From the IMG/VR virus record IMGVR_UViG_3300022602_000028: a DNA stretch of 64,000 nt. The stretch is one strand, 5' to 3'. Of the stretch, positions 38,358 to 47,351 are shown piece by piece; position 1 is the first letter of the stretch, and each line of letters starts with the position of its first letter. A program made the translations under genes and the position numbers. The notes beneath the pieces were generated by a model. It was not told the DNA's origin and did not search any database. It saw nothing but the letters and a program-made list of their open reading frames with translations. The stretch is from a virus.

Positions 38358-40001
38358 ATGGGACGTTATATAAGTACAGGTTCTACTCAAATTGGAACAA
38401 ACTGTTGTATAGCTTATACAACAACAACTTGCCAGCAGTATCCTGGATTTCAATACTCATATGATCTTAATCAATGTTTTCAAAACAGAGTAATGGTTAC
38501 TAAACCAGGAAGCTATTCTTTTGTGCTACCACTAACTAGTACTGGTTGTATTCGTGCAATCGCAGTTGGTGGCGGCGGAAAAGCCTGCTGTAGTGATTTT
38601 TATTGTAATTTTGCTGGGTCGGGCGGTGGATATGCTGAAAGCGTACATTGCGTAGCACCAGGTTGTACATTTACTATCGTAGTAGGTCGTCAGCAAGCTA
38701 GTACAACAATCAGTTATACTTGCTTAGGCGGAACTGCTCAAACTGTAACAGGAGGCGGCGCAACCGGTCGCACACCTGGAGTAGGCTCAGGCGGAAATTT
38801 AATGAATAGTACTGGTGGATGCGGTGGTTGGGGACGTAACTATCAAGAAGTTAACGGTACATGCCCAAGTACTTGTATATGTTTTTGCAATACAACTTGC
38901 TGTGGATATTGTATCATTTACGGTTGTAATTGCCAACAATCTACCTCACAAGATTATTGCGCACACTATTTTCCAGGAGGCGGCAGTGCTGGTAGCTTTA
39001 TGTTCCCATGCGGTGGTTGCGGTGGTACAGTGTGTAATAAAGGCGGTACAACAACTAACAATAACAACGGTGGCTCAATGGCCGGCGGTGGCGGCGGCAT
39101 TGGATATATTAACAGATGCTGTAGTATCACTGCATTCTGCGGATGCATCTGTTCTATGTACGGTAACAGCCAACAGCCTTGCGTATGCGGCCCGACAACC
39201 GTACAAGGTGGCGGCGGAACACGTTATGCTTATTTGAACTCAGCTTGCGAACAAACCATGTGGAACGGTTTATGTGAAGGCGGAGTTTGGCGCATGGGCG
39301 CAGGTGGATGGGGTGGTTGTGATAACCAAGAAGGCCGTCCAGACACAATGTATTGGACATGTGCGCTATGCATGTGTACAGGACGTAGTGAGTTTGATGT
39401 ATGTTGCGGTATTGCTCCTAAAAAATGGCCATGGTTTGATATTATGGAAATGGCAGGTAGTGGAAGTTCTGGTAAAGGTATTGGCTATTGTCGTCAGCAG
39501 ATTAACCAGGATAACTACTGGACTAGTACTAACGGTAAACAAATGGGTGGTATACCTGAAGATTCGGGCGAAGGCGCAGGAACAGGTGGAGCAATATATC
39601 CAGGATTATGTGATGCATATTATGTAAACTGGCCATGCTTGCCAAGTAGTGTTCAAACTGGCGGTATTGACTGGAATCAAGTTTGTTGTTTTGGCGTAAA
39701 TAACACTTACAACGATATTTATGATTGCTGTCAATCTAGTCGTAACCTAGTAGTAGGACATATTAGCCAAGCTGGCACATTAGGCGGAAGCGGCGGTATC
39801 GGTGTACATGGATTTGCAAGTAAAGCAGGATTTGGCGGAGGCGCTGGCGCTTACAAATATTTTGTTCACTGTATTTGTTGGGGAACAGGATATGATTGCT
39901 GTGGCGGTTCAGGACCACTATTGGCATTCCCACCCTGCATATTAGATAATATTGCCAGCAATGCTGGTTCAGGTTTAGCAATAATTTATTGGAAAGATTA
40001 A
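38358..40001 (+). CDS. Cys/Gly-rich putative fibre-tip adhesin 2 (547 aa, 52 Cys by manual count)
   Basis: start moved from 38313 to 38358 (MGRY, matching MGRF of the paralog); shared C-terminus C.CWG..YDCC.GSG..LAFPPC.LDN..SNAGSG. Confidence 0.55.
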   Translation: MGRYISTGSTQIGTNCCIAYTTTTCQQYPGFQYSYDLNQCFQNRVMVTKPGSYSFVLPLTSTGCIRAIAVGGGGKACCSDFYCNFAGSGGGYAESVHCVAPGCTFTIVVGRQQASTTISYTCLGGTAQTVTGGGATGRTPGVGSGGNLMNSTGGCGGWGRNYQEVNGTCPSTCICFCNTTCCGYCIIYGCNCQQSTSQDYCAHYFPGGGSAGSFMFPCGGCGGTVCNKGGTTTNNNNGGSMAGGGGGIGYINRCCSITAFCGCICSMYGNSQQPCVCGPTTVQGGGGTRYAYLNSACEQTMWNGLCEGGVWRMGAGGWGGCDNQEGRPDTMYWTCALCMCTGRSEFDVCCGIAPKKWPWFDIMEMAGSGSSGKGIGYCRQQINQDNYWTSTNGKQMGGIPEDSGEGAGTGGAIYPGLCDAYYVNWPCLPSSVQTGGIDWNQVCCFGVNNTYNDIYDCCQSSRNLVVGHISQAGTLGGSGGIGVHGFASKAGFGGGAGAYKYFVHCICWGTGYDCCGGSGPLLAFPPCILDNIASNAGSGLAIIYWKD

Positions 40002-40011
40002 GGAGAATTAA

Positions 40012-40623
40012 ATGACACAATGGGCTAGAATGATTGCCGACGATAACGGCGTTTTCGAAGTAACTCAACTTCACGACGAAGATCCAACAGGGATATGGCA
40101 TCCTGATGAATTAGAAAACTGGAGAGAAGTTTCTGACACTACTGCTATCGGTGATAAACTAGATGCAGATGGTACTTGGCACAAAGGCGGTGACTGGACT
40201 GCTAAAGTGATTGCAGAAGCATCTAAGCTAATTGATGCACCTCCTTTAAATCCAATTCGCAAGCCTCACGGCCATGTAACTAAAGTAGAATTAGTTAATC
40301 CAGGTTCAAATTATGAAACTCCGGCAGTTCGTCAACAATACAATATTGGCGACGGCGCAGGATTAGTAGTAGAAGTAGATTTTGATCCGGTTACTGAAAC
40401 AGCTACTGGCACTCCTATCATACATGATGGCGGTTGGAACTATGTAGTAGGACAAGAATTTCAAATCAAGACAGGCTTTGGACGTGATTGGGACAGAAAA
40501 AATCCAAACTATGCAACTGTAAGAATTACAGAAGTAGTTGATGATCCAGATTTTAAACAAAATCCAGGAGCTATCGGATTCGATCCGACACAACACATTC
40601 CCGGTCCTGCACCTAAAGAGTAA
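40012..40623 (+). CDS. putative tail fibre assembly/associated protein
   Basis: WARM......E....DP.G.WHP..L..W N-terminal pattern typical of small genes following fibre genes; AAGGAG RBS. Confidence 0.45.
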   Translation: MTQWARMIADDNGVFEVTQLHDEDPTGIWHPDELENWREVSDTTAIGDKLDADGTWHKGGDWTAKVIAEASKLIDAPPLNPIRKPHGHVTKVELVNPGSNYETPAVRQQYNIGDGAGLVVEVDFDPVTETATGTPIIHDGGWNYVVGQEFQIKTGFGRDWDRKNPNYATVRITEVVDDPDFKQNPGAIGFDPTQHIPGPAPKE

Positions 40624-40643
40624 TCACTATTACCTTACACAAG

Positions 40644-40680
40644 AACCTTGCTGTGCTATATAGTACAGTGAGGTTTTTTA
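40644..40680 (+). promoter_or_regulatory. 14-bp hairpin with U-tract that sequesters the GAGG RBS of the 40681 gene
   Basis: AACCTTGCTGTGCT-ATAT-AGTACAGTGAGGTT pairs fully with three G:U pairs; followed by TTTTA-ATG. Confidence 0.55.
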
Positions 40681-41358
40681 ATGAGTGAACATATCGAATT
40701 TTTCCCTATCATTGCTGGTATAGAAAAAATAGAACCAATTTTGCCTGCCGGCAAAAATCCACAACAAATTCCGTTTGAGAATGAAAGTCACAGTATGCGC
40801 GGTTGTCCGGGGATACGTGACATAATGTCTACAGGGTATGTGGTTCGACTATGGCAGGATATTCGAATTACATACGACGGTCAAAATGGTATAAACGCTA
40901 GCGCGGCTCCGATGACAGATCACGATGGCAATCCGTTTGATATGCTACAATTTCATGATGAACGTACCTTTGCAGGATATTCATTTGGCGAAGAATATTT
41001 TAATTTTTCTATGAAATTAAGATGCCCATGGTATGTACGTACCAAAAAAGACACATCTATACTAACTGTGCCCGTTTTTTATAACGAGTCTCCTTATTTT
41101 ACTGTATCGAGCGGAGTTATTAACAGTGGTGAATATCCAATGTTATTAGCACAAGTTATATTAAGAAAATTTCAAGGCGAAATCATACTTAAAAAAGGTA
41201 CGCCATTGATACAACTAATAGCAATTAAAAAACAACCTGAAATAAAGATGTATGACACTGATGCGCCAGTTAAAAAAACAGTACAAATTTTAAGAAATTG
41301 GCTAGTTAGCAAAACACATGCGGCTTCTCAATATAGAAATATAGGAAAAATATTATGA
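40681..41358 (+). CDS. hypothetical protein of a family often found next to phage 2OG oxygenases
   Basis: MRGCPGIRDIMSTGYVVRLW...K...PW...T; related to 41926. Confidence 0.5.
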   Translation: MSEHIEFFPIIAGIEKIEPILPAGKNPQQIPFENESHSMRGCPGIRDIMSTGYVVRLWQDIRITYDGQNGINASAAPMTDHDGNPFDMLQFHDERTFAGYSFGEEYFNFSMKLRCPWYVRTKKDTSILTVPVFYNESPYFTVSSGVINSGEYPMLLAQVILRKFQGEIILKKGTPLIQLIAIKKQPEIKMYDTDAPVKKTVQILRNWLVSKTHAASQYRNIGKIL

Positions 41359-41924
41359 TGCAAGAACAAGACTTTATAGCAGTCTGGCCTAATTTAGTTC
41401 GAAGAGAATTATGCGAAGTTTTGATAGAAGATTTTCATCGTCAACGTCCTAGTGATTTAATTGATACAAAAAAACAAGGATTAAAAGATAGATTACCGTT
41501 GCATAGAGAAGATTTTGCATTTTTTTTAAATTATCATAGTAAGTATGTAGGCGAAATACAAAATAAACTATGGGAAGTATTAGAAGAATACGTCAGTCAT
41601 TTTCAACAATTACAAGAAGTTCCGCTGTGGACTAGCGATATTAAAATGCAATTGACCAAGCCTGGTGGAGGATACCACTCATGGCACTATGAAAATTCTG
41701 GATATAATTGTGCTCAACGTGAACTAGTATGGATGATTTATCTTAACGACATGCCCGAAGGCGAGGCTGAGACTGAATTTTTACATCAAAAAAGAAGAAT
41801 ACGTCCTACTCAAGGTACAGTGGTAGTGTGGCCAGCAGGTTTCACACATGTACATCGCGGACTTACTGCGTTAACACAAGACAAATATATTTTAACCGGT
41901 TGGTATATTAGAATTCCAAGATAA
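41355..41924 (+). CDS. 2OG-Fe(II) oxygenase (prolyl-4-hydroxylase-like)
   Basis: YHSWHYE (HxE), LVWMIYLND...ETEF, WPAGFTHVHRG, KYILTGW. Confidence 0.85.
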   Translation: MMQEQDFIAVWPNLVRRELCEVLIEDFHRQRPSDLIDTKKQGLKDRLPLHREDFAFFLNYHSKYVGEIQNKLWEVLEEYVSHFQQLQEVPLWTSDIKMQLTKPGGGYHSWHYENSGYNCAQRELVWMIYLNDMPEGEAETEFLHQKRRIRPTQGTVVVWPAGFTHVHRGLTALTQDKYILTGWYIRIPR

Positions 41925-41925
41925 A

Positions 41926-42648
41926 ATGAAGACTATATATTATTCATCTTGTGTTCCACCTGAATTGTATAACAACGATTTTATGTTATACCAAGAGCCG
42001 GATAGTTTGTATAAAGATATTTTAAAAAATAAAAACAAACAAAACGATTTTAATAATTACATGGATTGTCCAGCATTTTTAAAATCTACAAATAACACGT
42101 TCATAGTTCGTAATCCTTGGACTACAACTATAACTATCGATTATGCCACTGGTAAATTTTTAAATCAATATGGCCAAGAAGATGCAATTTCTGAACACTT
42201 TACACCTAAACCTATATCACGTGTACAGCCATTATTTAATGTCTATCATAATTTTTTATTTTTTAGTGAAGAAGATATGGAAATATCAACTTTTCCTGCG
42301 TACATGCATACTAGTGAATTTCAAACTAAATGTACGTATATTCCGGGAACATTTAATATTGCCAAATGGTTACGCCCAGTAGAAGGTGCATTTGAGTTGC
42401 AATCTAACACAAATAATCTACAACTTAAAACAGGAGATCCGTTGTATTATATAAAGTTTAACACTAGTGAACCTGTTAAATTTGTTAGGTTTGATCTCAC
42501 AGCGGAGTTATGGAATATGGCCCAAGGTTGTGTGTTTCATAAAAAATATCAACCTAATAAATCATTGTCCTACTTATACAAATTATTTTTCCATTCAGGA
42601 CGACAGAAACTTGTATTAAAAAAAATTAAAGAAAATATAATAAAATGA
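41926..42648 (+). CDS. hypothetical protein, distant paralog of 40681
   Basis: MDCPAF......FIVRNPW...KTGDPLYYIKF. Confidence 0.5.
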   Translation: MKTIYYSSCVPPELYNNDFMLYQEPDSLYKDILKNKNKQNDFNNYMDCPAFLKSTNNTFIVRNPWTTTITIDYATGKFLNQYGQEDAISEHFTPKPISRVQPLFNVYHNFLFFSEEDMEISTFPAYMHTSEFQTKCTYIPGTFNIAKWLRPVEGAFELQSNTNNLQLKTGDPLYYIKFNTSEPVKFVRFDLTAELWNMAQGCVFHKKYQPNKSLSYLYKLFFHSGRQKLVLKKIKENIIK

Positions 42649-43415
42649 AAAAAATATTATACGCAATGGGCGACAGCTTTACATTTGGAATGGAGTGTCT
42701 TGGCGATTTTGATAGAACATTAGGTAATATAGAGTTGGCATTTCCCAAATATGTTAGTGATTATATGAACTGTGAAAAATATATCAATAATTCATATAAC
42801 GGCGCTAGTAATGATTTTATTTTTAAAAGAACCATTTTTGATTTAATGGAATTAGAACGTCAAGGTGTTGATCCTAAAGATGTTTTTGTTATTGTTGGTT
42901 GGAGCAGTTTACATAGAATAGAAATCGACGGATCTCGATGGTTGGAACAGATTCCAGATTTTATGGCAGGCGACTTAAAAAATGATCCGTCTTGGCCCAG
43001 AGAGTATACTGATTTTGGAGTTATATTTGCTAATCCAGGATCAGGCATTAGACTAACAGTAAAAGATACTGTTATTAGTATAGATCGAGATGTGATTCCA
43101 TTTTGCACTCATTTTTTATGGACAGATGTTGTTCAAATTGAAACCCAAGAAGCAAGAATTATTGCATTGCACGAACTATTAAAAGCCAAAGGATACGATC
43201 ATGTGTTTGCCAGTATGTGCCATCCTTTTTTGAAAACCAGAAACATAGACAGCGAGAATAAAAACTTTTATAATATAACAACATCTAGTTTTTATGATTT
43301 TGCCATAGTGAATTATCCAACAGAATTACGCAAACACAATCATTTTACAACTGTTGTACATGAAAAATATGCCGAAAAACTGTTTGAATATATTACAAAA
43401 AATTGTATTTCGTAA
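42645..43415 (+). CDS. SGNH/GDSL-like hydrolase-fold protein
   Basis: YAMGDSFTFG block I, G.SND block II, VIVGWS, C-terminal NHF. Confidence 0.6.
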   Translation: MKKILYAMGDSFTFGMECLGDFDRTLGNIELAFPKYVSDYMNCEKYINNSYNGASNDFIFKRTIFDLMELERQGVDPKDVFVIVGWSSLHRIEIDGSRWLEQIPDFMAGDLKNDPSWPREYTDFGVIFANPGSGIRLTVKDTVISIDRDVIPFCTHFLWTDVVQIETQEARIIALHELLKAKGYDHVFASMCHPFLKTRNIDSENKNFYNITTSSFYDFAIVNYPTELRKHNHFTTVVHEKYAEKLFEYITKNCIS

Positions 43416-43439
43416 TTGCAGGTTTGGTATTTTAACTAC

Positions 43440-43447
43440 TATAAATA
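43440..43447 (+). promoter_or_regulatory. perfect T4 late promoter TATAAATA
   Basis: upstream of the glycosyltransferase-carbamoyltransferase pair. Confidence 0.7.
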
Positions 43448-43473
43448 ATTAACTACGTATATTAAAGGATATT

Positions 43474-44397
43474 ATGAAAAAAGTTGTGTTTATTAACGGC
43501 GGAGCTGGTAGAGTTATAGCAAGTATTCCCGCCTTAGAAGAAGCAAACAAGCGAGGATTGCTTGCTGGTATTGTTTGCGAAGGCGGCTTAGAGATTTTTT
43601 TAGGGCATCCTACACTACAAAAAATAGCCTTTGATGTAAATCATAAAGGTATTTTTGAAAATCTTATTAAAGATAACGAATGTGTTTCGACAGAACCGTA
43701 TAGAGATCACGAATATTATAATCAACGTAGCAGTTTGCAACAAAGTTTCTGGTGGGAAATACTAGCAGAACGTACTGATCAAAATCGTAAACCAACATTA
43801 GTCCTGAGCAAAACTGAGGAAATGAACGCTATTGGTATTATGACACAAGTGCGTCAACAGCATCAAAAAGAAAAAACGATTGTTATCCAGCCGTTTGGTC
43901 GCAGTAGTGTTATGGGCCCAGGTGTTGTATTTGATCCTAGCAGTCGTAGTATTGAACAAACTACGTTTATTGAATTAGTAGGCGAATTAAGCAAAGACTA
44001 CAATATGGTTTACATGGGCGAACATAAGCTAGATGTAATGAATCTCCCTTTATTCCAACCTCAAGATCGTGTTGATCTACGCACATGGGCGGCTGTTATT
44101 GAAAGCGCCGATTATTTTATCGGATGCGATAGTGTGGGACAACATATTGCTTATGCATTTGATAAACCAGGTACAGTAGTTTGTGGTAGTACTTTCCCTA
44201 TCAACACAACATATCCAGAACATTTTAATATTATTGAAAAGAAAGGTGCCGAACGAGTATATAGCCCAATTAGAATCGCTGGATTTGCTAGCGAAGAAGC
44301 AGATAGACTTAACGATACAATAATGGATTTTAGCAAAGACGAACTAAAACAAGTCATTGCTAGTATTCGAGACCATATCAAGAAGACAACCAAATAA
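43474..44397 (+). CDS. glycosyltransferase, GT9/heptosyltransferase-like
   Basis: GGAGRVIASIPAL, IVIQPFG, DLR.WAAVI..ADYFIGCDSVGQHIAYAFDKP. Confidence 0.7.
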   Translation: MKKVVFINGGAGRVIASIPALEEANKRGLLAGIVCEGGLEIFLGHPTLQKIAFDVNHKGIFENLIKDNECVSTEPYRDHEYYNQRSSLQQSFWWEILAERTDQNRKPTLVLSKTEEMNAIGIMTQVRQQHQKEKTIVIQPFGRSSVMGPGVVFDPSSRSIEQTTFIELVGELSKDYNMVYMGEHKLDVMNLPLFQPQDRVDLRTWAAVIESADYFIGCDSVGQHIAYAFDKPGTVVCGSTFPINTTYPEHFNIIEKKGAERVYSPIRIAGFASEEADRLNDTIMDFSKDELKQVIASIRDHIKKTTK

Positions 44398-44405
44398 GGA
44401 AAACC

Positions 44406-46115
44406 ATGTATCTTTTAGGAATTAATATCGGGCATAATGGAAGCACAGCCCTTTTTAAAGACAGTGAATTAATATTTTACGTCGAAGAGGAACGTTTAAC
44501 TAGGCAAAAATACGATGGTAATCCGTTTGCAGGAATAGATTTAGCATTTACGCATACTGACCATATAGATTTTTTAGTTATTTGTTCTACATCGAATAAT
44601 TTTCCAATTACTCCATGGAGTCAAGAAGATGTATACACTTCTGTAGTTAGGAAAAAACAACCAGGTAGACATTTTCAAACAGTTCCAGCAGGCGACATGC
44701 ATCATATGACACATGCGCTAACTGCATTTTATAATAGTGGATTTGATGATGCGGCAGCTTTGGTCATCGATGGCGCTGGCAGCGGTTGCACTGTAGATGA
44801 ATTTAAAACATTAACATGGGAAGTTGAATCTATATGGGACTTGTCTTATCCAGCAAACTGTCGAGCAGTATATAAACAATATGGTGCTAATCATTGCGAT
44901 AGTTTTGCATTAGAAGAAGATGATGTGCCTATTGAGATTTCCGACGGCCACGGACTTACTAAAGCCTACGAAGCAGTAACACAGTTTTTAGGGTTTCATC
45001 CAATCGAAGCTGGTAAGACTATGGGTCTCGCGCCTTATGGAAAACCAAACGATTCCATTAAAATTAACGATGGTAGATTTACTAATCGTAGTTTTATTAA
45101 ACCACGTTTCCCAGCAGGAAATTTCATCCGTGCCGATTTAGATGCAGAGCTAGCTCAGTTAAATGATAAAAAAGAATGGCATGAAGACGAAAGTCTAGTA
45201 GGCGAGTATAGAAAAGATCTTGCGTATGCTGTACAAAAAGCTGCCGAAGAGAGAGTATTTGGTTTGATCCGCAAGACAATCGAAATGACTGGAAAGAAAA
45301 AGATTGTTATGGCCGGAGGCTTTGGTCTAAATTGTGTGGCTAATTATGAGTATCTTAAAGAATTTCCAGATGTAGAATTTTATCACGAACCTATCAGTCA
45401 TGATGGCGGAAATGCAATCGGTGTTTGCCAATACATTTATCGTAGTGTTACAGAAGACATGGTTAAAACTCCATTGACTAGTTTGTATCTCGGACCTGTT
45501 GATCCTAAACAGTATGATGATATCGATTATACTGGGTTTGTAACTAAAGACACTACTGCAACTGAAGTGGCACAACTAATTGCCAATGGTAATATTGTTT
45601 GTTTATATCAAGGACGTAGCGAAGCTGGTCCCCGAGCATTAGGTAATAGAAGTATTGTTTACGATCCAACTGTATTGAATGGTAAAGATATTGTTAATGA
45701 AGTAAAACGCAGAGAGTGGTTTAGACCATTTGCAGGATCTGTACTAGCAGAACATGCTAATGATTGGTTTGATTTCCGATCTCGTAGTGATAGTCCGTTT
45801 ATGATGTATGCAGTAGATGTTAAAGAAGATAAGCAAAGTATTATTCCTGCCATCACACACGTAGATGGTACTTGCCGTATTCAAACAGTAACAGCAGAAC
45901 AAAACCCTAACTATTATGAATTGATTAGTGAATTTAATAAAATTAAAAATGTTCCTATCTTGTTTAATACAAGTTTTAATCTAGCAGGAGATCCTCTAGT
46001 TGAAACCGTAAAACAAGCCTTAGAAACACTAGCTAATTCAGATTTAAAATATCTTTGGTTGCCCGAGCTAGGAAAACTAATCAGCAAAAGTGACTTTGAA
46101 GAAGTTAATCAGTAA
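44406..46115 (+). CDS. carbamoyltransferase, NodU/CmcH family
   Basis: HHMTHA, IDGAG, GKTMGLAPYG, AGGFGLNCVAN, EAGPRALGNRSI, REWFRPFA, HVDGTCRIQTV, NTSFN. Confidence 0.95.
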   Translation: MYLLGINIGHNGSTALFKDSELIFYVEEERLTRQKYDGNPFAGIDLAFTHTDHIDFLVICSTSNNFPITPWSQEDVYTSVVRKKQPGRHFQTVPAGDMHHMTHALTAFYNSGFDDAAALVIDGAGSGCTVDEFKTLTWEVESIWDLSYPANCRAVYKQYGANHCDSFALEEDDVPIEISDGHGLTKAYEAVTQFLGFHPIEAGKTMGLAPYGKPNDSIKINDGRFTNRSFIKPRFPAGNFIRADLDAELAQLNDKKEWHEDESLVGEYRKDLAYAVQKAAEERVFGLIRKTIEMTGKKKIVMAGGFGLNCVANYEYLKEFPDVEFYHEPISHDGGNAIGVCQYIYRSVTEDMVKTPLTSLYLGPVDPKQYDDIDYTGFVTKDTTATEVAQLIANGNIVCLYQGRSEAGPRALGNRSIVYDPTVLNGKDIVNEVKRREWFRPFAGSVLAEHANDWFDFRSRSDSPFMMYAVDVKEDKQSIIPAITHVDGTCRIQTVTAEQNPNYYELISEFNKIKNVPILFNTSFNLAGDPLVETVKQALETLANSDLKYLWLPELGKLISKSDFEEVNQ

Positions 46116-46683
46116 ACAAGTCGTTATTTAGATCGCCTTCGATCAAATAATTGTAATTTAGCGTAACTCTCCAATCGGATAACTCTGTTGGAGAGTTTGC
46201 TTTATGCATATAGCAAGCTGGAAATACTACGATCCTGCCAGCTTTAGGTTCGACAGAAGCCGCTATTGATCCATCTCCGTGATAAAATTCAGTGGCTCCT
46301 GTGCTGTCATATACATAATATAACATTGCCCACATATTAGGTTTAGGACTATCATTATGTAAACTTGCCACATTTCCAGTATTCATGCCGTTTACTCGAA
46401 TACGTGTTAAGTCTCTGAGAACAGCAGTCGAATCGATAGTTTTAAGAACATGTTTCATAAAATACTCATTAAGAGTACGTACAAATTCAGGATTACCGTG
46501 ATACCAACCACCTTGCCTGTTGTCAAATAACATTGCACCAAACAACCATCCTAGTTCAGGTTTTGCAGTATCGCCATAGTGGAACGGATAATATCTATAG
46601 TTTGAAAAGTCTGTTTTTCCGTATTCTACTAACCATTCTTGTATATCGTCTAAAACGATAATTTTATCAAGATTAATTTTCAT
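46105..46683 (-). CDS. 2OG-Fe(II) oxygenase
   Basis: LHND (HxD), LYYV....GATEF, PKAGRIVVFPACYMH, RVTL. Confidence 0.8.
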   Translation of the reverse strand: MKINLDKIIVLDDIQEWLVEYGKTDFSNYRYYPFHYGDTAKPELGWLFGAMLFDNRQGGWYHGNPEFVRTLNEYFMKHVLKTIDSTAVLRDLTRIRVNGMNTGNVASLHNDSPKPNMWAMLYYVYDSTGATEFYHGDGSIAASVEPKAGRIVVFPACYMHKANSPTELSDWRVTLNYNYLIEGDLNNDLFTD

Positions 46684-47258
46684 AGAGATTCTGCAAATTC
46701 CAATAGACTAGAAAATTCTTGTGCTTTTACATTGTTGGTTAGTTCAAATGCTTTAGTTTTAAGAACACTTCCTGCAGGTTTAATTAGAACAGGAGTAGCT
46801 TTGACTTTTAATGCGGCTTTGACATCGTTTAAATCCGCACCAATGTAATAGCTTTCTTCCCATACTACCATATTTTCATTTTGCGCACGTTCAAACATGC
46901 CCGGATTAGGTTTTACAAACGGGTCAGTCTTATCTGTACTTGGTGCATAATATGCATTTTTAATTCTTGCACCTACTGAATCTGCGATTTCTTTTGTAGC
47001 ACCTAAGATATTTTCAAAATCAACTATTTCTAAATTCTTAGTCTTGTTTGGTGGCTGTCCTGCAATAATTAAGAAATCATAACCCTTTCTAGTTAAAATG
47101 CCCAGGGCAGTTTCTACACCTTCAGCTATTGAAAGTTTGTTACCCGGAGTAAAAGGAGTAGTATTATTGTAAATTACTCCAAATAGCGTTAATCCTATTA
47201 CTTTTCTACTGGCTTGCATTTGCCAAATTTCTTTAAAATACTCAGTATACCGACCCAT
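46680..47258 (-). CDS. GmhB-like HAD-fold protein lacking catalytic aspartates
   Basis: KPNPGM and YYAP align to GmhB; motif I DxD is replaced by TLF and motif IV GD by GA; GAGGAG RBS. Confidence 0.7.
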   Translation of the reverse strand: MGRYTEYFKEIWQMQASRKVIGLTLFGVIYNNTTPFTPGNKLSIAEGVETALGILTRKGYDFLIIAGQPPNKTKNLEIVDFENILGATKEIADSVGARIKNAYYAPSTDKTDPFVKPNPGMFERAQNENMVVWEESYYIGADLNDVKAALKVKATPVLIKPAGSVLKTKAFELTNNVKAQEFSSLLEFAESL

Positions 47259-47324
47259 ACAAAACTCCTCGTGTTACAGTAATTTAGCATATTTTTCAGC
47301 CCGCGACAATAATATTGACTATGA

Positions 47325-47331
47325 ATAAATA
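47325..47331 (+). promoter_or_regulatory. late promoter ATAAATA
   Basis: gaATAAATAc upstream of 47352. Confidence 0.55.
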
Positions 47332-47351
47332 CACAGTACTGATGAGACTAT

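Noticed and set aside
38150-40001. Diversity-generating retroelement TR/VR pair in the similar 3' ends of the Cys-rich genes
   Set aside because: Differences are mostly synonymous and involve all four bases rather than only adenines; no reverse transcriptase is present in the window.
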